From Trichoplax adhaerens (taxonomy: Eukaryota; Animalia; Placozoa), in assembly GCF_000150275.1 (NCBI RefSeq), contig NW_002060945.1, forward strand, positions 2,565,172 through 2,629,171: 64,000 bases of DNA, written 5' to 3'. Shown here one piece after another: positions 25,150-39,870 of the stretch. Position 1 is the stretch's first letter, and each line of letters opens with the position of its first letter. The translations under genes were made by a program, and so were the position numbers. Below the pieces are notes generated by a model. That model made no database searches and had not been told where the DNA came from. It was given only the letters and a program-made list of their open reading frames with translations.

Positions 25150-28100
25150 ATGGCAATGCGAACAAGGATGTTTCATGGCATTCTTTTTCATTTCTGGGTG
25201 AGCTAAGAGATAAGATTTGGGATAATTACATTAATACCTACTCGTTTAAATATTGGTAATATTCTGATAATCGGTATAACTGCAAGAACTCAATTGCAGA
25301 TAAAAGGCTTGAGAAGATAGTAACTACTATTAAGCATATTAGTAGTGTTCTAAATATCTTAGCCCTAATATCTCTTTCTGTTAGATAATGGCATTGCTGG
25401 TAATTTTATCGAAAGCTTCAGGTATGATGTCGTAGTATATATTTTATATCTAACAATTTGTATTCTACAGTTCAATCAAGACTGGCAAAGTGCAATCTAT
25501 TAAGCATATATCAGAATTAGTGGATATTGAATAAGAACTAAGATCGATAATATTAAAATGATTGGATATTATCCAAGTCTTGCATATTATAATGTACTAT
25601 AAATCTAAACACCTCTTGCATTCATTTCTAGCCATTTGCGTTTCAAAAAATCCTTGTGCTAATGGTGGTGTCTGTACTCATACTAGTCAAGGATATAGTT
25701 GTACCTGTACAGCTGGATATACTGGTCGAAATTGTGAAAACGGTAAAAATCTACTTTTTTAATCAATAATTTATTACACGCAAAGTCGGTTGCCGATTCG
25801 AGTTTCGTAGCGCCGATCAGTCACTGATGTTATTACTATTAAGTCAACTCATAGCAATACAAAGCAAGCAATTAAAGATCAATCGTGACCTTATAGTTCA
25901 ATACATTAGACTATATGAAAATACATGGTGGCATAAAAACTAAAATATGACGTAAACGCTAATTGATTACAGCAATTAATCCATGCCGAAGTACTCCATG
26001 TGGTCATGGAGTTTGCCGAGCCAATGGCTTCAACTATCAATGTTTATGTAAGAAAGGCTATACTGGAGTTAATTGTGATCAAGGTAAAACAAAAAATAAT
26101 GTATGCAATAGATCAATTTTTTCGTTCTATTTGACCATAAATAATACTGTAATATGGTACATTATATCGAGACCCAAATTCATAGTTTTTAAATTGAAAA
26201 ATTATATAATTTGTCCGTAGACATTGATGAATGCGATCTAAAAATATCAAACTGCGCGTCTAAATGCACGAATACCTTTGGCAGCTACCGTTGCTCGTGT
26301 CATAAGGATTACGTATTATTACCAGATGGTCAAACATGTATAGGTTGTAACTGTCTCTCATTTCAAATAATCTGTATGATTTTATTACTAAAATGATTGA
26401 TTCTCAATTGCGTATTTTAATTAACATCTCAGCTGTTACGTCTTAGATCCGTGTATATCTTACATAAACGTTAAGGATGAGTCTAGAAGAGTTCAAAATT
26501 TAGTTAGGACTTCGTATTGTGACCGAGAATTACTAGAGCAGAATTCTTCTAAGTGGTATCGATTTAATGGAGGCAAATTTAGTCAAATGATGCCCACTAC
26601 TCCAGTCGGTATGTTTCATTGTGGAGCAAGCTCACCTGGGTGGCTTGCAACAGCTCATCCTACAGGTAGTAAAACTCTTTTCTGAAAAATGGCACACATT
26701 GAATATAGCTGTAAGAAATACATCCTTCTCGGTACATGATCATCGATAAAATGCTCTTTAAGCTAGATTATAATGCGTCGTATTGAAGGCTATTTCCTTT
26801 GCTATGTACCGTACCATAGCGTATTTTGCTATGAAACTTTCAGCTCTCTATGTTCTTATAATGTACATTAATTAATCATTCTCTTTAAAACAATTTTTTT
26901 TATTTTCGCAGTATTGAATTTCTAATTGTTGCAAGGAGCTACTGCATCAGTCTGATTCTATAAAATTTAGTCGACTCATTTCGATACTTCTTTCAGTTCG
27001 TCAAGGCATCATCAATGGTACTGTTTGCTTTTCATCGCACTCAAATTCTTGTCGCTGGAGAAAGACTATTCACATCAAGAATTGTGGCGGTCATTATATA
27101 TATCAGTTGCCTCCACCACCGACTTGCTCTCTTCGCTACTGTTCAGATCAATATGGTTAGTACGCGGAATTTATCTTTACCTCTCATCTATTCCTATTAA
27201 AGACAACATATCAATTTCTGACTGATCTTTGGATACTTCACAAATTTAGCTTTAAGTCTAATGCTTGTTTTTAATGTATTGAAGTTTATTGCCGACTGTA
27301 ACTAATTATTAGAAATAGAATAGATTTGACTGACTAAAGTACTGTAATTTTTTACATATTGAATAGCGATTAATTCAGTCTATTATGATATTTTAACCAG
27401 ATACCAACTAAAATTATTTGCTATTGACACGTTTGAATATCTAAAATTCTGATAAAATTCAGTATCTCTCCAACTGCTGTCTACATTGCATGCATATGCA
27501 AGACTACTGTTAAACACCCAATATTTGACAGCGCTATTAAGGAATAATCTCTGTCATCTAGACTACTGTAAACCTAATCCCTGCTTACATGGGACATGTC
27601 GACGAACTTCCAATGGATTTAGCTGTGATTGCCGCCCAGGATTTGAAGGAAAATTGTGTCAACAAGGTATATTTCTGCTCACCCTTGCTGAACTATATAA
27701 AGAAGTATCAAAAGCAGCGCATTCTGATCATCACGTCATCATACACTACCTAAATTAGCTTATGAATTAATTATTTTTATATCGATTTTATATATATATA
27801 TTTTTTTATCTTTATCAAATGGGCTGTTAACTATTGTATTTTAGGTTCATTTTCGATTTACTTTTCATATTGCCACCACTTTCTAATTTTAAATAAGATA
27901 CCAATGGTTGTGGGCATAATAAAGGTGGATGTCAGGGTACCTGCCATAGTATCGCTCATGGCTATCACTGTAGTTGTCCATCTGGCCAGGAACTTGATAG
28001 CGATAATCATACATGCAACGGTATGTTAATAATATCATTAATTTTTATTTGACTTGAAAAGCCCAGATTTATTTCGATTTTAGCTTATTTTGTTATTAAA

Positions 28101-31100
28101 ATTACACTTGATTCGTAACATACCCTGGCAGTGGATTCCTATAATTGGCATTTAAATACCTTTCTTGCAATCATGATTGATAGATCCATGTGCTGCTAGC
28201 GGAACTAGATTTAAGGATTCTTTAACAACAGAAGTTGATGCTTATAGACTAAGCAAAATGAAAAAGCTTTGCCGATATACCGCTCAGTCGAGTCAAAATT
28301 TAATCAAGTGGTATCAAAGTAGCCAACACCCTAGATGTACAACCATTGCTAGATGGATTAACGTTACTCAATATAGTAAGTAACTGTCGATAGAGATTTG
28401 TCACCACTTAAAATTATCAACCGCGGTACATCCAAATTGAAGAGAACAATTATTTTTAATTTACAAGCCATTGTCATATTTTACTAAAATCTATAACTAT
28501 CAGTCCGTGTAGCCTTTTAAGGTGTTGTTGCATCTAAAATTATGAATATTAGTCAGTTTATACGAAACTTTATGCACTAAATTGATTTAAAGAATGCTGG
28601 AAAAATTCTTGATAAATTTAAATAATATCTATCCTAACTGTATATTATTTAATTTCATTGCAATTGCACTCAATTTTTAATGGACAGCCAAGAGTAGTTT
28701 TAAGATAGGAAGACTTTGCTTCCATTTCGGGCTCTCCCACTGTTCATTCGAAGTGGTCACAAAAATTAGAGGCTGTTCCAACACTATTTCATATAAACTT
28801 GATCCATTATCAGCTTGCTTCTTGGATTATTGCAGTAAAATAGAAACAGGTAAGAATAATTGGCGGCCGATAAGTACAATTTGTGGACGGTAATCTTCAT
28901 ATAAATCAAGAAAGATTTTAGTAAATGATCATACTATTGTTTGGATTGTCCGTAATCGGAGATGATATTTATATTGAAATATAATAATAATTTGTATAGA
29001 AATGAGCAAACTACATCAGTAAACCAACATTTACACCGCGAGTATGACATAATAACTGGTGTTATCTTGTACATGAATAAATATAATTAGTAATTCATTT
29101 TATAGTAGTAGTAAATTCCATCTTTAGTCTTTCTGTAAAACCGTTAATGGCTTATGGTAGTACCGTTCTAATTAAGTGAATCCTTTAATATGGTCTTAAG
29201 AGAGCTAATAAATATATGAGTGTTTGCTTAAATCTAATATTGGCTAATTGCAAATTCAACTTTAATAAATGTCAGCTGCCTTAAAAAAGCTTCATTGATG
29301 CAATTTACCGCAGGATTTTTGATGATATACTAAATGCTTCATTTATATTTAGATCATTGTTTTGGGCACAAGTGTATGCATGGGCGCTGCATTGCAAATC
29401 AAAATGGTTACATATGTGATTGCAATAAAGGATATAGTGGTGAATTTTGTCAATTTGATATCGGTATGTTGAATATCTCTTACATGATTATAAACACAAA
29501 AAAATTTGTAGTATTAGAATCAAAATAGTTATATAAACATTACGATATCCCTATTATTGTACTTTTAAATCCTTACTTAAGTAATACGTGCTTGAATAAA
29601 ATTGGTATAGTAAATAAAGATAGCTAAACATACACTTAAAATAAAGAATATTACGGCAAATACTGTCAATTAAGTAAGTTTACGATCTTTTAAAGGGTTT
29701 AGAAACTTAAAGCGATTTCCATTACTTAAATTAGAATTATCTTTTTAGATATCTGAAATCTTCTTCTTTATCATTTTAGATCACTGCAACAACAATAAAT
29801 GCAAGAATGGAGTTTGTGTTGCTAATAAAAACAGTTATATGTGCAATTGTACAGAAGGATATTATGGCGAATACTGTCAATACGGTATGTGAGTTAGCTA
29901 TTATAACACTTTTACATACCTAATGAACCTTTGGACTACATTTAGAGTGGTGAGATAATCTATACTTTAAGTAATATCATCGTCGATTTTATCGCTCGTA
30001 AAAGGTTAAACTTAAGCGTTAATTTGACTTCTAAGAAATACCATAGCGACCTTACTAAACACTATCAGCAGCTGAAGCTCATGTAGTTGATATTAGAAGT
30101 CATTAATGATGCTGTGCGAAAGTTACTTGAACTATATATTCAATGCTATTGATAAATTGGTTTTCTCTATATTCTTATAGAGTATCATTGTAAATGGAAT
30201 CCTTGCCTAAATGGCAAATGTATCGAACAAGGAACAGATTATCGCTGCGATTGCAAGTCTGGATACTATGGCAGAAATTGTAGTCAAGGTATTTTAAGAT
30301 CATATTTATTTGTTAATATAGATCTCGAGTACTGTTCTGGTTCATTGGATTCTGCTTGGCTATTTTTTATATTGTACTTTCAGATCATGATTCGATTCTA
30401 AGCATAAAACTTTTAAGAACAGTTATGAATATAATTCATGCCAAATTATAGTGGTGGTAATCTTATAATGCAATTTAAAGTTAAAGTAGTATCTTATAGT
30501 ACTATAGCTACTCTTAATTCTTCAATCACGCCTCCCTTTGAAGAATTAGAGACTTTTGCTATAGCCGTTTATAACTTTTCCACTTGAATGTTAATTACTT
30601 ACTATGTGGGATTTACTTAATCAACCTGGGCAAGTTATAACAACTACTATCCATGGATATTCAGCATCCGAGTTGCATATATCATAAACGGATAAGACTT
30701 CAATAGGATACGATAGCATTTTGTTTAGGATAAATTCTATTAAGTTATTCCAAAGTTATAGATGAAAAGTTATATGGATAATAGATAAGGGTAGCAATTT
30801 TGTTATAACCGACTTTTTTACGACAAGATCAAGTTGGATTATCGGAAAGCTACTACACAGATTATTTTATTACAATTTAGCGTAAAGTAGTAGCATTCGA
30901 ATTAAAATTTAGATGTCCACTGCTAAGCTACATATATATCACATGTTAACACTTCCTTTCTCTTTATGCGTACAAGAATATTGCAATCCAAATCCATGTG
31001 CAAATGGCCAATGCCAACTTCGAGCTGAAGGATACCACTGCCACTGTAAAGAAGGGTTTCATGGAAAATATTGCCAATCTTGTTAGACCAGATAGCAAAA

Positions 31101-34100
31101 TTTAAGAATTCTCTTAAAGCTTTATTTTCTTGTATAAATTCTTTTTATTATATAGTCAAACTTCATTGCCACTTTTATAGACCGAGGTTGCCAATCCAAC
31201 CCTTGTCAAAATGGTGGTCAATGTCAGTTTTCGGGATCTGGCTATCAATGCAATTGTAGAAGCGGATACTATGGTGAAAACTGCCAGAATCGTAGGTTTA
31301 TTAGATAATATTCTATACTATTATTTTCCTTTATAGAGATGATTTTATTCAATCCTATCAGTTAAATAGATCCAGCATTGAAGAGTAACAGTTATAACAA
31401 GAGCTGTTCTCTCGCTTATGTCAACAACTACCTAAAAATAGCCATTGATTATAAACATTAAAATTTTTAGAAAGATTATAATTCCATTACCAATTTTTGC
31501 TTGCTATGACTATAACATTTGGCGTTTTACCGGTACTGTATCCAAATTTTACCGATTATAATACATCATCTGTATTATTCTTAATGAAGAGACTTGTAAA
31601 GCCAATTCATGCAGGAACAACGGAAAATGTGAACCCCTACAAGGAGCTCAATATAGATGTAGCTGCCGGTTTGGATATTATGGAAAATTTTGTGAAAATG
31701 GTTAGTTGGTGGAGGATGTCATCGATGATGTAGTTGTAGGGCATTTAGAAAAATGATTTATCTCTGTATGAATGCAGATATATTACTAAAGTTCCGTGAT
31801 TGCGCTAATTACATAATATAATGGCTTTGATTTACATTAATCAACCTAAAAAGAACATTGTTAGTTTTCACTTTGGCCACTTTCTGGAGATTTCAAATAA
31901 TGTATCAGCAAAAATATGCAACAAATAGTGTTATATTTATTAGCACTTCTTATAGTTTTACAATCTCGGCTAAAGGCTGATTTTAGAGTTTGCTGAAAGG
32001 ATGCCTGAATTATTATTGTATAATTGACTATCTCTAGTCACTCAAATTTAGCAAATATTGATAATAAAATTAAAATTATAAATTATAGGACAAGGCATTG
32101 CACTATTTTGGCATGTCTTTATTCGGTAATAGAACTAACAAAGCGCAGTAGTTTTAAGTAGCTATCAAATATTTCGGAACGATTAAACATTCAACATCAA
32201 TTTGCGTCCCTAATAAATTAGTGATGCTCATACCGATATTGCTTCCTAGTTTTTGTTATGATGTAACACTTTATTTGATGTCGGTAATGTAGAAGTCTGC
32301 CAGATGAATACTTGCAAGAATGGAGGAAATTGCCAGCCTACATATGGAAAGAACTATAGATGCATTTGCAGCCGAGGATTCTACGGAACTCATTGTGAAA
32401 ATAGTTAGTTTATATACAAATTCTATTAGATATAATATTGCAAAATCGTATGATGCTGAAGCTTTAATGCATTATGATACAGAGGCATAGCCTAAGCAGT
32501 TACCGAAGAATACCATACTGGCAGTTTTTATTTCGATCGCTATCATAAAATTTTTAATTTTGTTTATTATTGAATATAAAATTTTATTTGGTATCTATAA
32601 TGCAGAAGTTTGCCAGACAACTAGTTGCAAGAATGGAGGAAACTGCGAACCTACATATGGAAGCAACTATAGATGCAGTTGTAGGCGAGGATTCTACGGA
32701 ACCCATTGTGAAAATAGTTAGTTTATTTACAAGTAGAAGTAATCTTGAAGAATTTCATAATACGTAGCTCTCAATGCTTTATGATATAGAGATATAGCGT
32801 AACCAGTTACAGGAGAATACCATACAGGCAGTTTCTTCTTTGATCACTATCATGAGATTTCTAATATATCAGTGATGAAAAGCATGAAATATCTGGCAAT
32901 TTCCCAATTCATACGGTTTAATTTACTTCGTAGAATCTTAATAATCACTAGGTTTCAGTTCTTGAAAAATTGATATTCACATCAATATTATTCTTTAATT
33001 TTCTCAACTTTCACTACCCCATCAAAGATACCAATTTTAATAAAGACGTAAATTAGAAGCTGATTCTAGATACTCTAATTTATACCTTATCAGCTGCAAG
33101 CGTCAGTTCTTCTAAGTAGATATCGAATGTTTTAAAATTATGAAAAATAGTCTTAAATTTGAGCATTAATAAATTCATTACGCTACTGTTGGCTCTATTT
33201 TGTGTTGTATATTGCTGAATATTCAATTATGCTTCTTAAAATGTAGGAGTTTGCCGGAGCAATTCTTGTAAAAATGACGGGGTATGCGAACCTACGTATG
33301 GACATAATTACAGATGTCGTTGCAAGCCTGGATTCCTGGGACAATATTGTGAACGCGGTTAGCTTACACATAAAATTTCCTATCAGAAGACGTATTTCTG
33401 AAGAGTTCCATAATGATACCTGTTTTCATAATGGTTTTAAATAAGATACATCTCGTAGTACCATATCTACCTTTCCAAAGGCTTCAGTTTCACGTATACA
33501 TGTAACTAATCTAAGTAAATTACTGGTGGCACTGTTGTTCATTTCGATCACTGTCGAGAAATGTTTATAAATCAATAGTGAGATATGAAAGTATTAAATC
33601 TCTGAAGCATTCTGTTTCTGGTTATAGAGTTCTAATAATTTATAGATAGCTTTTGAAGAATTTTTATGTCTATATGGATAATACCCGTAGCACTATCGCT
33701 ATATGATTCATTTGAATAGTGCCGTGCACTCAAATATGCCGAAAATTAAAAAATAGTCGTAAGAGCTTAAGGAAGGCTTACATGATTTATAAGTACTATA
33801 CTGTCGTATGTTTATACTTTGTAAGCTGATTGTCTTCTCAAATTCTAGTGATCATTAAGGACTACCAATACTTTATTAAGTAGTTAATACTCACTGCCGA
33901 TTTGTTTACTACTAATAACTGTATCAAGTTTAAGATAGTATTATTCCCTAGGTTCCATTTCACTAACCAGAATATTTTTTTCATCTACTTACGTCAAATG
34001 AAGGCGTTTGTGATTCAAATCCCTGCAAGAATAGCGGAAAATGTCAGCACACTTCTGGAAATCATTATAAGTGCAGTTGCCAGCATGAAAGAGGATATTA

Positions 34101-37011
34101 TGGACGACATTGTGAAAAACGTTTGTTTATAAGCAAATATTTAATCAACTAGTGTGATCTTGAAAATTAGATGAGAAAGTCTATTTCTTTTTCATTACAT
34201 AGCGGTATATTTCTTTTAAATGTAGTTACATTACAGAACACCTAGAATTCGATTGCATTAGCAATAAACTTGACAATCGCCTTAGTTTCCATTACGATTA
34301 CCAAGATTTCTAGTCAATCAGTAAGGAATAGTAGAGCCTTATATCGCTTAGTGATTTCTTCAAGTTACTAGACATTTGTGTTACTCTTACAATGTTGCCT
34401 ACCTGAAGATTTTTAAGTGTTTTCACATAATGCTCACTTCGCTGGAGCCCTATATTTAGTTTATTCACCACCCTCAAATCATACAACTGCAAAATATTAG
34501 CTAGCTAAATGCCTTATTATACATCGTGTAGCTTTCCCTTTTAGACATGAATATCAATGTGTTAATTGTTACAGTAATTAGCTAATGGAATTCATATGTT
34601 GTTGTTCCCTAACTTCCGCTTCGCTATTTCAATTTTCATCTATTTATCTACCTTCCTAAATTTTATGAATTGCACTACGATAAATATTAGTCTACATATA
34701 CCTTTAGTAAATATTTCACTAAATGATGCTGCCTAGAACCGAACACAAAATATTAGTCACAAACTCTTGTACATTAATTTACAGATGAGTAGGTCTTTTA
34801 ACATTACCGCTACATTATCTGAAGTATTCTAAACATTGAAATTTTCGATCATACATGCTGGTACATAACTAGTTGGGAACCTTTATCGACATTCTTTCGG
34901 TTATTATTTAGAAATTTCTGATAAATTAATAGCACAATTTGAGCTCATAAGTGGCATTAAATCTGCCAGTTAAATTTATTCAGTCACAGCGTCCCAAAAT
35001 TTATAATATTTCTTGCTTTACTTCCTAAAGATATTGTACAAAAATTTGTGAATGTATGTCGCTATTTTTTGAGTGAATAGGGATTTTATAACGAATATAG
35101 AATTTCAGCATTTATAGCCTAACAATAGTAATAGTATGCTAAATCAAATTACTTTCTCTATCGTAACAGACCTGCCTAAAGTTATGAGGATAGTTCTGCA
35201 ACCTTTCGCTGTAAACAATTATGAACATTTCTGCAGCTAAATTGCTTTTCGGACTTATAATACTCCATAGATCAGATATTTTATAGGAAGAATTCTAGTC
35301 TACCATGTTTGAACTAGAACTTGTAAACCCATTTAATTATCATTTATTCACTTTCAAGCTTCAATTGATACATAAGTTCCAGTCCAGCGCTACATTTATT
35401 AAGCACTATTTATCATGAACATGTCATAACCACACAAACAGTAGCAGTCATAAACGGCGATCTAGTATTTTAGATGTACTAAGCTTTGATTGCCAATGAA
35501 TAACCGATTCATAAATCGATCGGGTTCATGTCAATATTATGCATAACTGCTATCTTGTGCTCTAAAATTTCCATTTGCATACTCAATGAAGATGCTTGTC
35601 AGCCAAATCGTTGCCAGAATAATGGAATATGCTCAGTAAGCCATGTTCGAGGTAATACAATTCATTACAGATGCAGCTGTCAATCTGGATTTTACGGAGG
35701 ACACTGCGAAGGAAGTAAGTGAACAGATATTTATAAATACTCCATTAAACAATGTTCGAATGCAATCCAAAGGATTTAGTCTAGAACTCGTTTGCACTTT
35801 AATATACCATCGTTTAAGACACTACTCTAACATCAAAACTTTAAGACATGACATATGACATTGTTTGAAAAGCTTTAAATAGTGAAGCTTTCGACTGAGA
35901 AGTATGAGTGACTGCGGAAGTTAAGGTCAAATTACATTTTAGTTGTTATTAGCGTAATCAGTAACTGACTATTACAGCTATATAAGACCAGCATCTTATA
36001 GTAAGATTTGGGTCTTTTACTGGTATGTACTGGCGGCATCTATGTTTTGCCTGAGAAACAATACTTAATATTCTCGAGCTGTTTCCGTAATGGCTATTGT
36101 ACGGACAACATAAGTAATTAGTCAATGAAACTAAATTACATCTTCTATAGTTAGATCAGATAAAATGTTGGCAAGTTAATGATATTTGTAGGAATAGATA
36201 TGGCTAGGTATAAGACTTTTTTAAGGGCATTAGTTAATGGCACGTCTTTACTCATTTTTTTAATAAATTATAACTCTCAGACTCTACAGTAAGTCATTGT
36301 TGCTCTTAAAGTAAGAAGTAATAGCTAAAATATGTGGAAATCATGAAAATTTAAGCTTGATGGTAATTATTAAGGTGTCTGTCAACCTGATTCATGTTAT
36401 AATGGAGCCACATGTTATGCACTCGGACGTGACGCAGAGTGCCGCTGTAGGCAGGGTTACTTTGGGGCGAGATGTCAATATGGTAAGGATTAGTAATTGC
36501 ATTCGGGTTTTCGTAGTTTGGATAGATTATATTATTGGTTAGGTATCAATTATTGCTAACAGATATAACATTCTTACATAACATTAAACTCATACTAACT
36601 ACTAACATTTATTAAGAGATATTAATATAAACTAGATGCAATACGAATTTTAAAAATGTACTAAAAATGAATGGTAGGCATGATAGATCGATTTATTGAA
36701 TAAAACACAATTAAACTGCGGTGATATTAGTAACAAGCAATCATTACTACTTTAATTTATATTTAATGTGTAGCTATGAAGTAGTGCTAATAGTACTGAA
36801 TAAAATTCCTGATATAAAGAATAATCCAATTCAGTATTTCTTTCTCTAGCAGTCAGTTTTCTTAATGAATTACTAGCTGTTTAACTCTCATGGTAACATT
36901 AATTTATACTATATTTCCATCCTAGCATGGCCACAGTGCAGTTGTTGGAATATGCCGTGCCTATGGAATAAACTCATGGCTGGGCAATGCCCTAAATTGT
37001 TTCATCTTTAA
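25150..37011 (+). CDS. Gene C: secreted D8C plus multi-EGF protein, paralogue of B (~935 aa; 17 EGF)
   Basis: Signal exons 25150-25197 and 25385-25421 (MAMRTRMFHGILFHFWIMALLVILSKASA). EGFs 25632-25742, 25973-26083, 26221-26343. D8C 26447-26665 + 26997-27155. EGFs 27562-27666, 27898-28020. Divergent domain 28184-28375 + 28688-28849. EGF exons start at 29353, 29780, 30181, 30977, 31181, 31590, 32293, 32606, 33247, 34004, 35592, 36375. Terminal exon 36926-37011 (AWPQCSCWNMPCLWNKLMAGQCPKLFHL*). Confidence 0.87.
29569..29673 (+). pseudogene. Dead EGF exon inside gene C
   Basis: A 105-nt segment translating NPYLSNTCLNKIGIVNKDS*TYT*NKEYYGKYCQL aligns gaplessly to [35 protein letters not shown] (12581). 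The acceptor AG has become AA, 4 Cys are lost, there are 2 stops, and the GTAAG donor is intact. Confidence 0.85.
32281..32860 (+). repeat. Recent tandem duplication of an EGF exon plus intron (~313-bp unit)
   Basis: Exons 32293-32403 and 32606-32716 are near-identical. The following introns share gcagttaccgaagaataccatactggcagttt / ccagttacaggagaataccatacaggcagttt. Confidence 0.85.
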
Positions 37012-37679
37012 CATAAATTTTGAAGTTTTTAATGATTTTTGCCATCTTAATTAATCTAGAATCAACATGATTAAATATTTACGTAGATATTTCAATAGTA
37101 CATTTGCCTCTTAGTACTTCGCGTAGCTAGCTTAAATAGTTGGATAATTTAGTCTATGCTGCAATAGTTTATTAGTATACTCACCGATTGATAGCCTGCA
37201 TTAAAGACAGTAGAATAGGAATAGGGATGGCCGTTATACTGCATTTTAAGTCTAGAAAAATGTTTCTTGATTAATTGTAATATTTGGTTTACTTAAAAAA
37301 TAAATTTATCCTCACTGATGGTTTAATTAAGCTAAAATAAAATACCAAACGATTATTAAGTTCGTTCTACCAATTTACTAGTGCTCACTTCTCGGTTATG
37401 ATTAAACAGTTGCAAGCATGCATGATTATATTGAAGAATAAGATTTAAGGAATAATTTTAACATATTTAGCTTTAACATTTGCACGGTTAAAGCCAAAAT
37501 ACTGCAAAAGTTTGTGTCAATACTTGTCTTAGCCAATCTAATTGCTCACTTTATTTCATTTAAACTTTCACAAATTAGAATCTATTGCTATTACTGTTAT
37601 TGATCAAATAAGAACAATTTCAGAAAAAGACAAAAATGTAAAAGATTGTAATTGAAAATTGACACTAAATACTTACTCG

Positions 37680-39720
37680 CGTAACCGTAGCTTATGTCAG
37701 GATTGTCCATATTGTTGTGGTAAAACTAAATCTAATGCTCTTATAACTGTTTTAGAAGAAAATACTCTGTAAATGGAAGTAAAAAGCGTAAGTTAAGTTT
37801 GATGTTGTTATTTGTAGTCATTTAATCTGATTACAGTAGTTTGTGAGTCTTAAGGCTATTAAAGTAGTTATAGATTATATCTGGTATGATGAGGTAGCAA
37901 ATTTGCACTATTCGTACTATAGACATAAGAAATATCATATTTTAAAAAATTCAATTGTTACTAATAAAAATCAAATTATGGTATCATAAGTTTAAAATTC
38001 TAAGGTTCCAGACCACTAAGATTTCTTACCAAGCTGATAAAAGATGCAATACAGTAGTTCCATACTTATAGGTAGAGAAATTTATGGAGTCAGGGACCTC
38101 TTAGGTAAAAATTAATGAAAGAAAAGATTATTTAAAATTTCAGAAAAAAGATCGCCTTCTCCCTTTCGAAAAATTTATTCTTTGGGAGGCTCTGGTAGAA
38201 TAAGGATACGAGTTAATAAAAATTCACTCTTGATTTTTGGTGATTAATTGCTGTGATAAAATTCGGTCACGAAAATTCCAAAGTTATAGAAAATTAGAAC
38301 TTTATTAGATCTAATACAAAGACTAGCTACACACAGCTCTACTCTAGCCGAATACAACTACTGAAAGACTTCTAGAAAGAACAATCAGATAATCTAATAT
38401 CTCCAACTTTCATACTCTCGATGGCCTTCCCAGCTACAATGAGCATAGCAGTATTCTAACATATTTTACACGTATTCAGATTATTATTAGTCACAATATT
38501 TTACAGCGAGCCATCTTTAATTCAACATGGAAATGAATACAGTAATTTCGTAGACATTATTCCTACTACTCAAAGTACAATGAACTAAACATATCCTAAT
38601 ATATGATTTACAATTCTATTTCTACCTCTAACCTTATTAGTAGCTCAACATCTTACTGTATATAGTCATCTGTATTTTAGCATAGAGTCTATCCTTACAG
38701 TCTATAATAATGGGCTACTAAATATATGTCATAAGATAAATATAGAAAAGACACTACCGTACATCATACTAAACGTGGCTAATAGTCTACAATTACTGCA
38801 GTAATGGCTCTTATATCTTAATATGGCTGATGTAGAACAAATTATTAACAGTTGTAGTGCTTCTTTCGATGGGAAATGGATTCTAGATATACCTACGTAA
38901 AACTTTGAGCAGCTATAACTAGCAAAACTTTTAAGATAATTTATACTAAAATTGCATAATTTCAATTGATTAAATTGCGATCGGAATGTAAAGGTTAAAC
39001 TTCGCGCCGCCAATAAAGGAAATAAGTAAAGCCTTACTAATCCGGTATCAGTGCCGTAGCTTAAATTCTATGTTAATGGGGCACCTGATTAAAATTTTCT
39101 TTAATTTATTTGGAAGTTGTAAGATAGACTTTGCTACCATTACTGAAGTTTATTTATTGATATATTTCAACCAATGATAGCAGCCTGGTATGCTTATAAT
39201 ATGTTTAGGGGAAGTTACTCCTTCAATTTATGCAAATGTATTTTTTCTATGAAATAAATTTTAGCTGCTCATAAGAAATCGATTGACAGCAATATCGAGT
39301 TACTCAATTCTACATTGGTACAGATTAGAACATTCTTACCATTACTATGCTACTCCAGTACTTCGCTTTTAGTCCTCAATATCCAAAAAAACCATTAAGT
39401 AATTATAATAATTATCTCAAGTGCTCTAGTTAGAGTTCATTTGATTGCTAAACTGCCGCTAGGATCATTGTCTGGATGAGAAGAGATATCAAACTGATAA
39501 CAACAGAATTTAAGATGGCGCACACAGCCCTATTCATGCACGTAGATTCGTATAAATGACCATGCATTATTGACAACTAGCATACCTTAGCACCAATAAT
39601 TGCAATAGTAAATAAATAATTTTCTAAAATATAGCATTACAATCTAATGATGCGATTAGCCTATTTCTACTTTCAGATACTGATTCTAGCGCTAAACATT
39701 CCTATCAACTATTATCATAG
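37680..39720 (-). pseudogene. Decayed LRR gene relic (C-D spacer), interrupted by a 545-bp insertion
   Basis: Minus-strand fragments: ALESVSESRNRLIASL (~39640-39692), QFNQLKLCNFSINYLKSF (in ORF 38729-39013), NLRILNL*YHNLIFISNN*IF*NM (~37935-38007), DIIYNYFNSL, IRALDL. Confidence 0.5.
38252..38796 (-). mobile_element. Dispersed ~545-bp repeat, copy 1 (solo-LTR-like)
   Basis: Near-identical to 57775-58320 with unrelated flanks. The minus strand ends ..TTATCACA with AATAAA about 50 nt before the end. Confidence 0.7.
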
Positions 39721-39870
39721 TAATTTCTTCAATATTCAAATTGCATCTATTCATAGTCAGACTTGCGTTAGGGCCCCTTATGTTGATAGACCCCACATTG
39801 CTAACTATTTGCAGTTCTAATATAACGCTCTTAATTCTCCAGCTAAATAATCAAAGCTCTCGATGACAAT

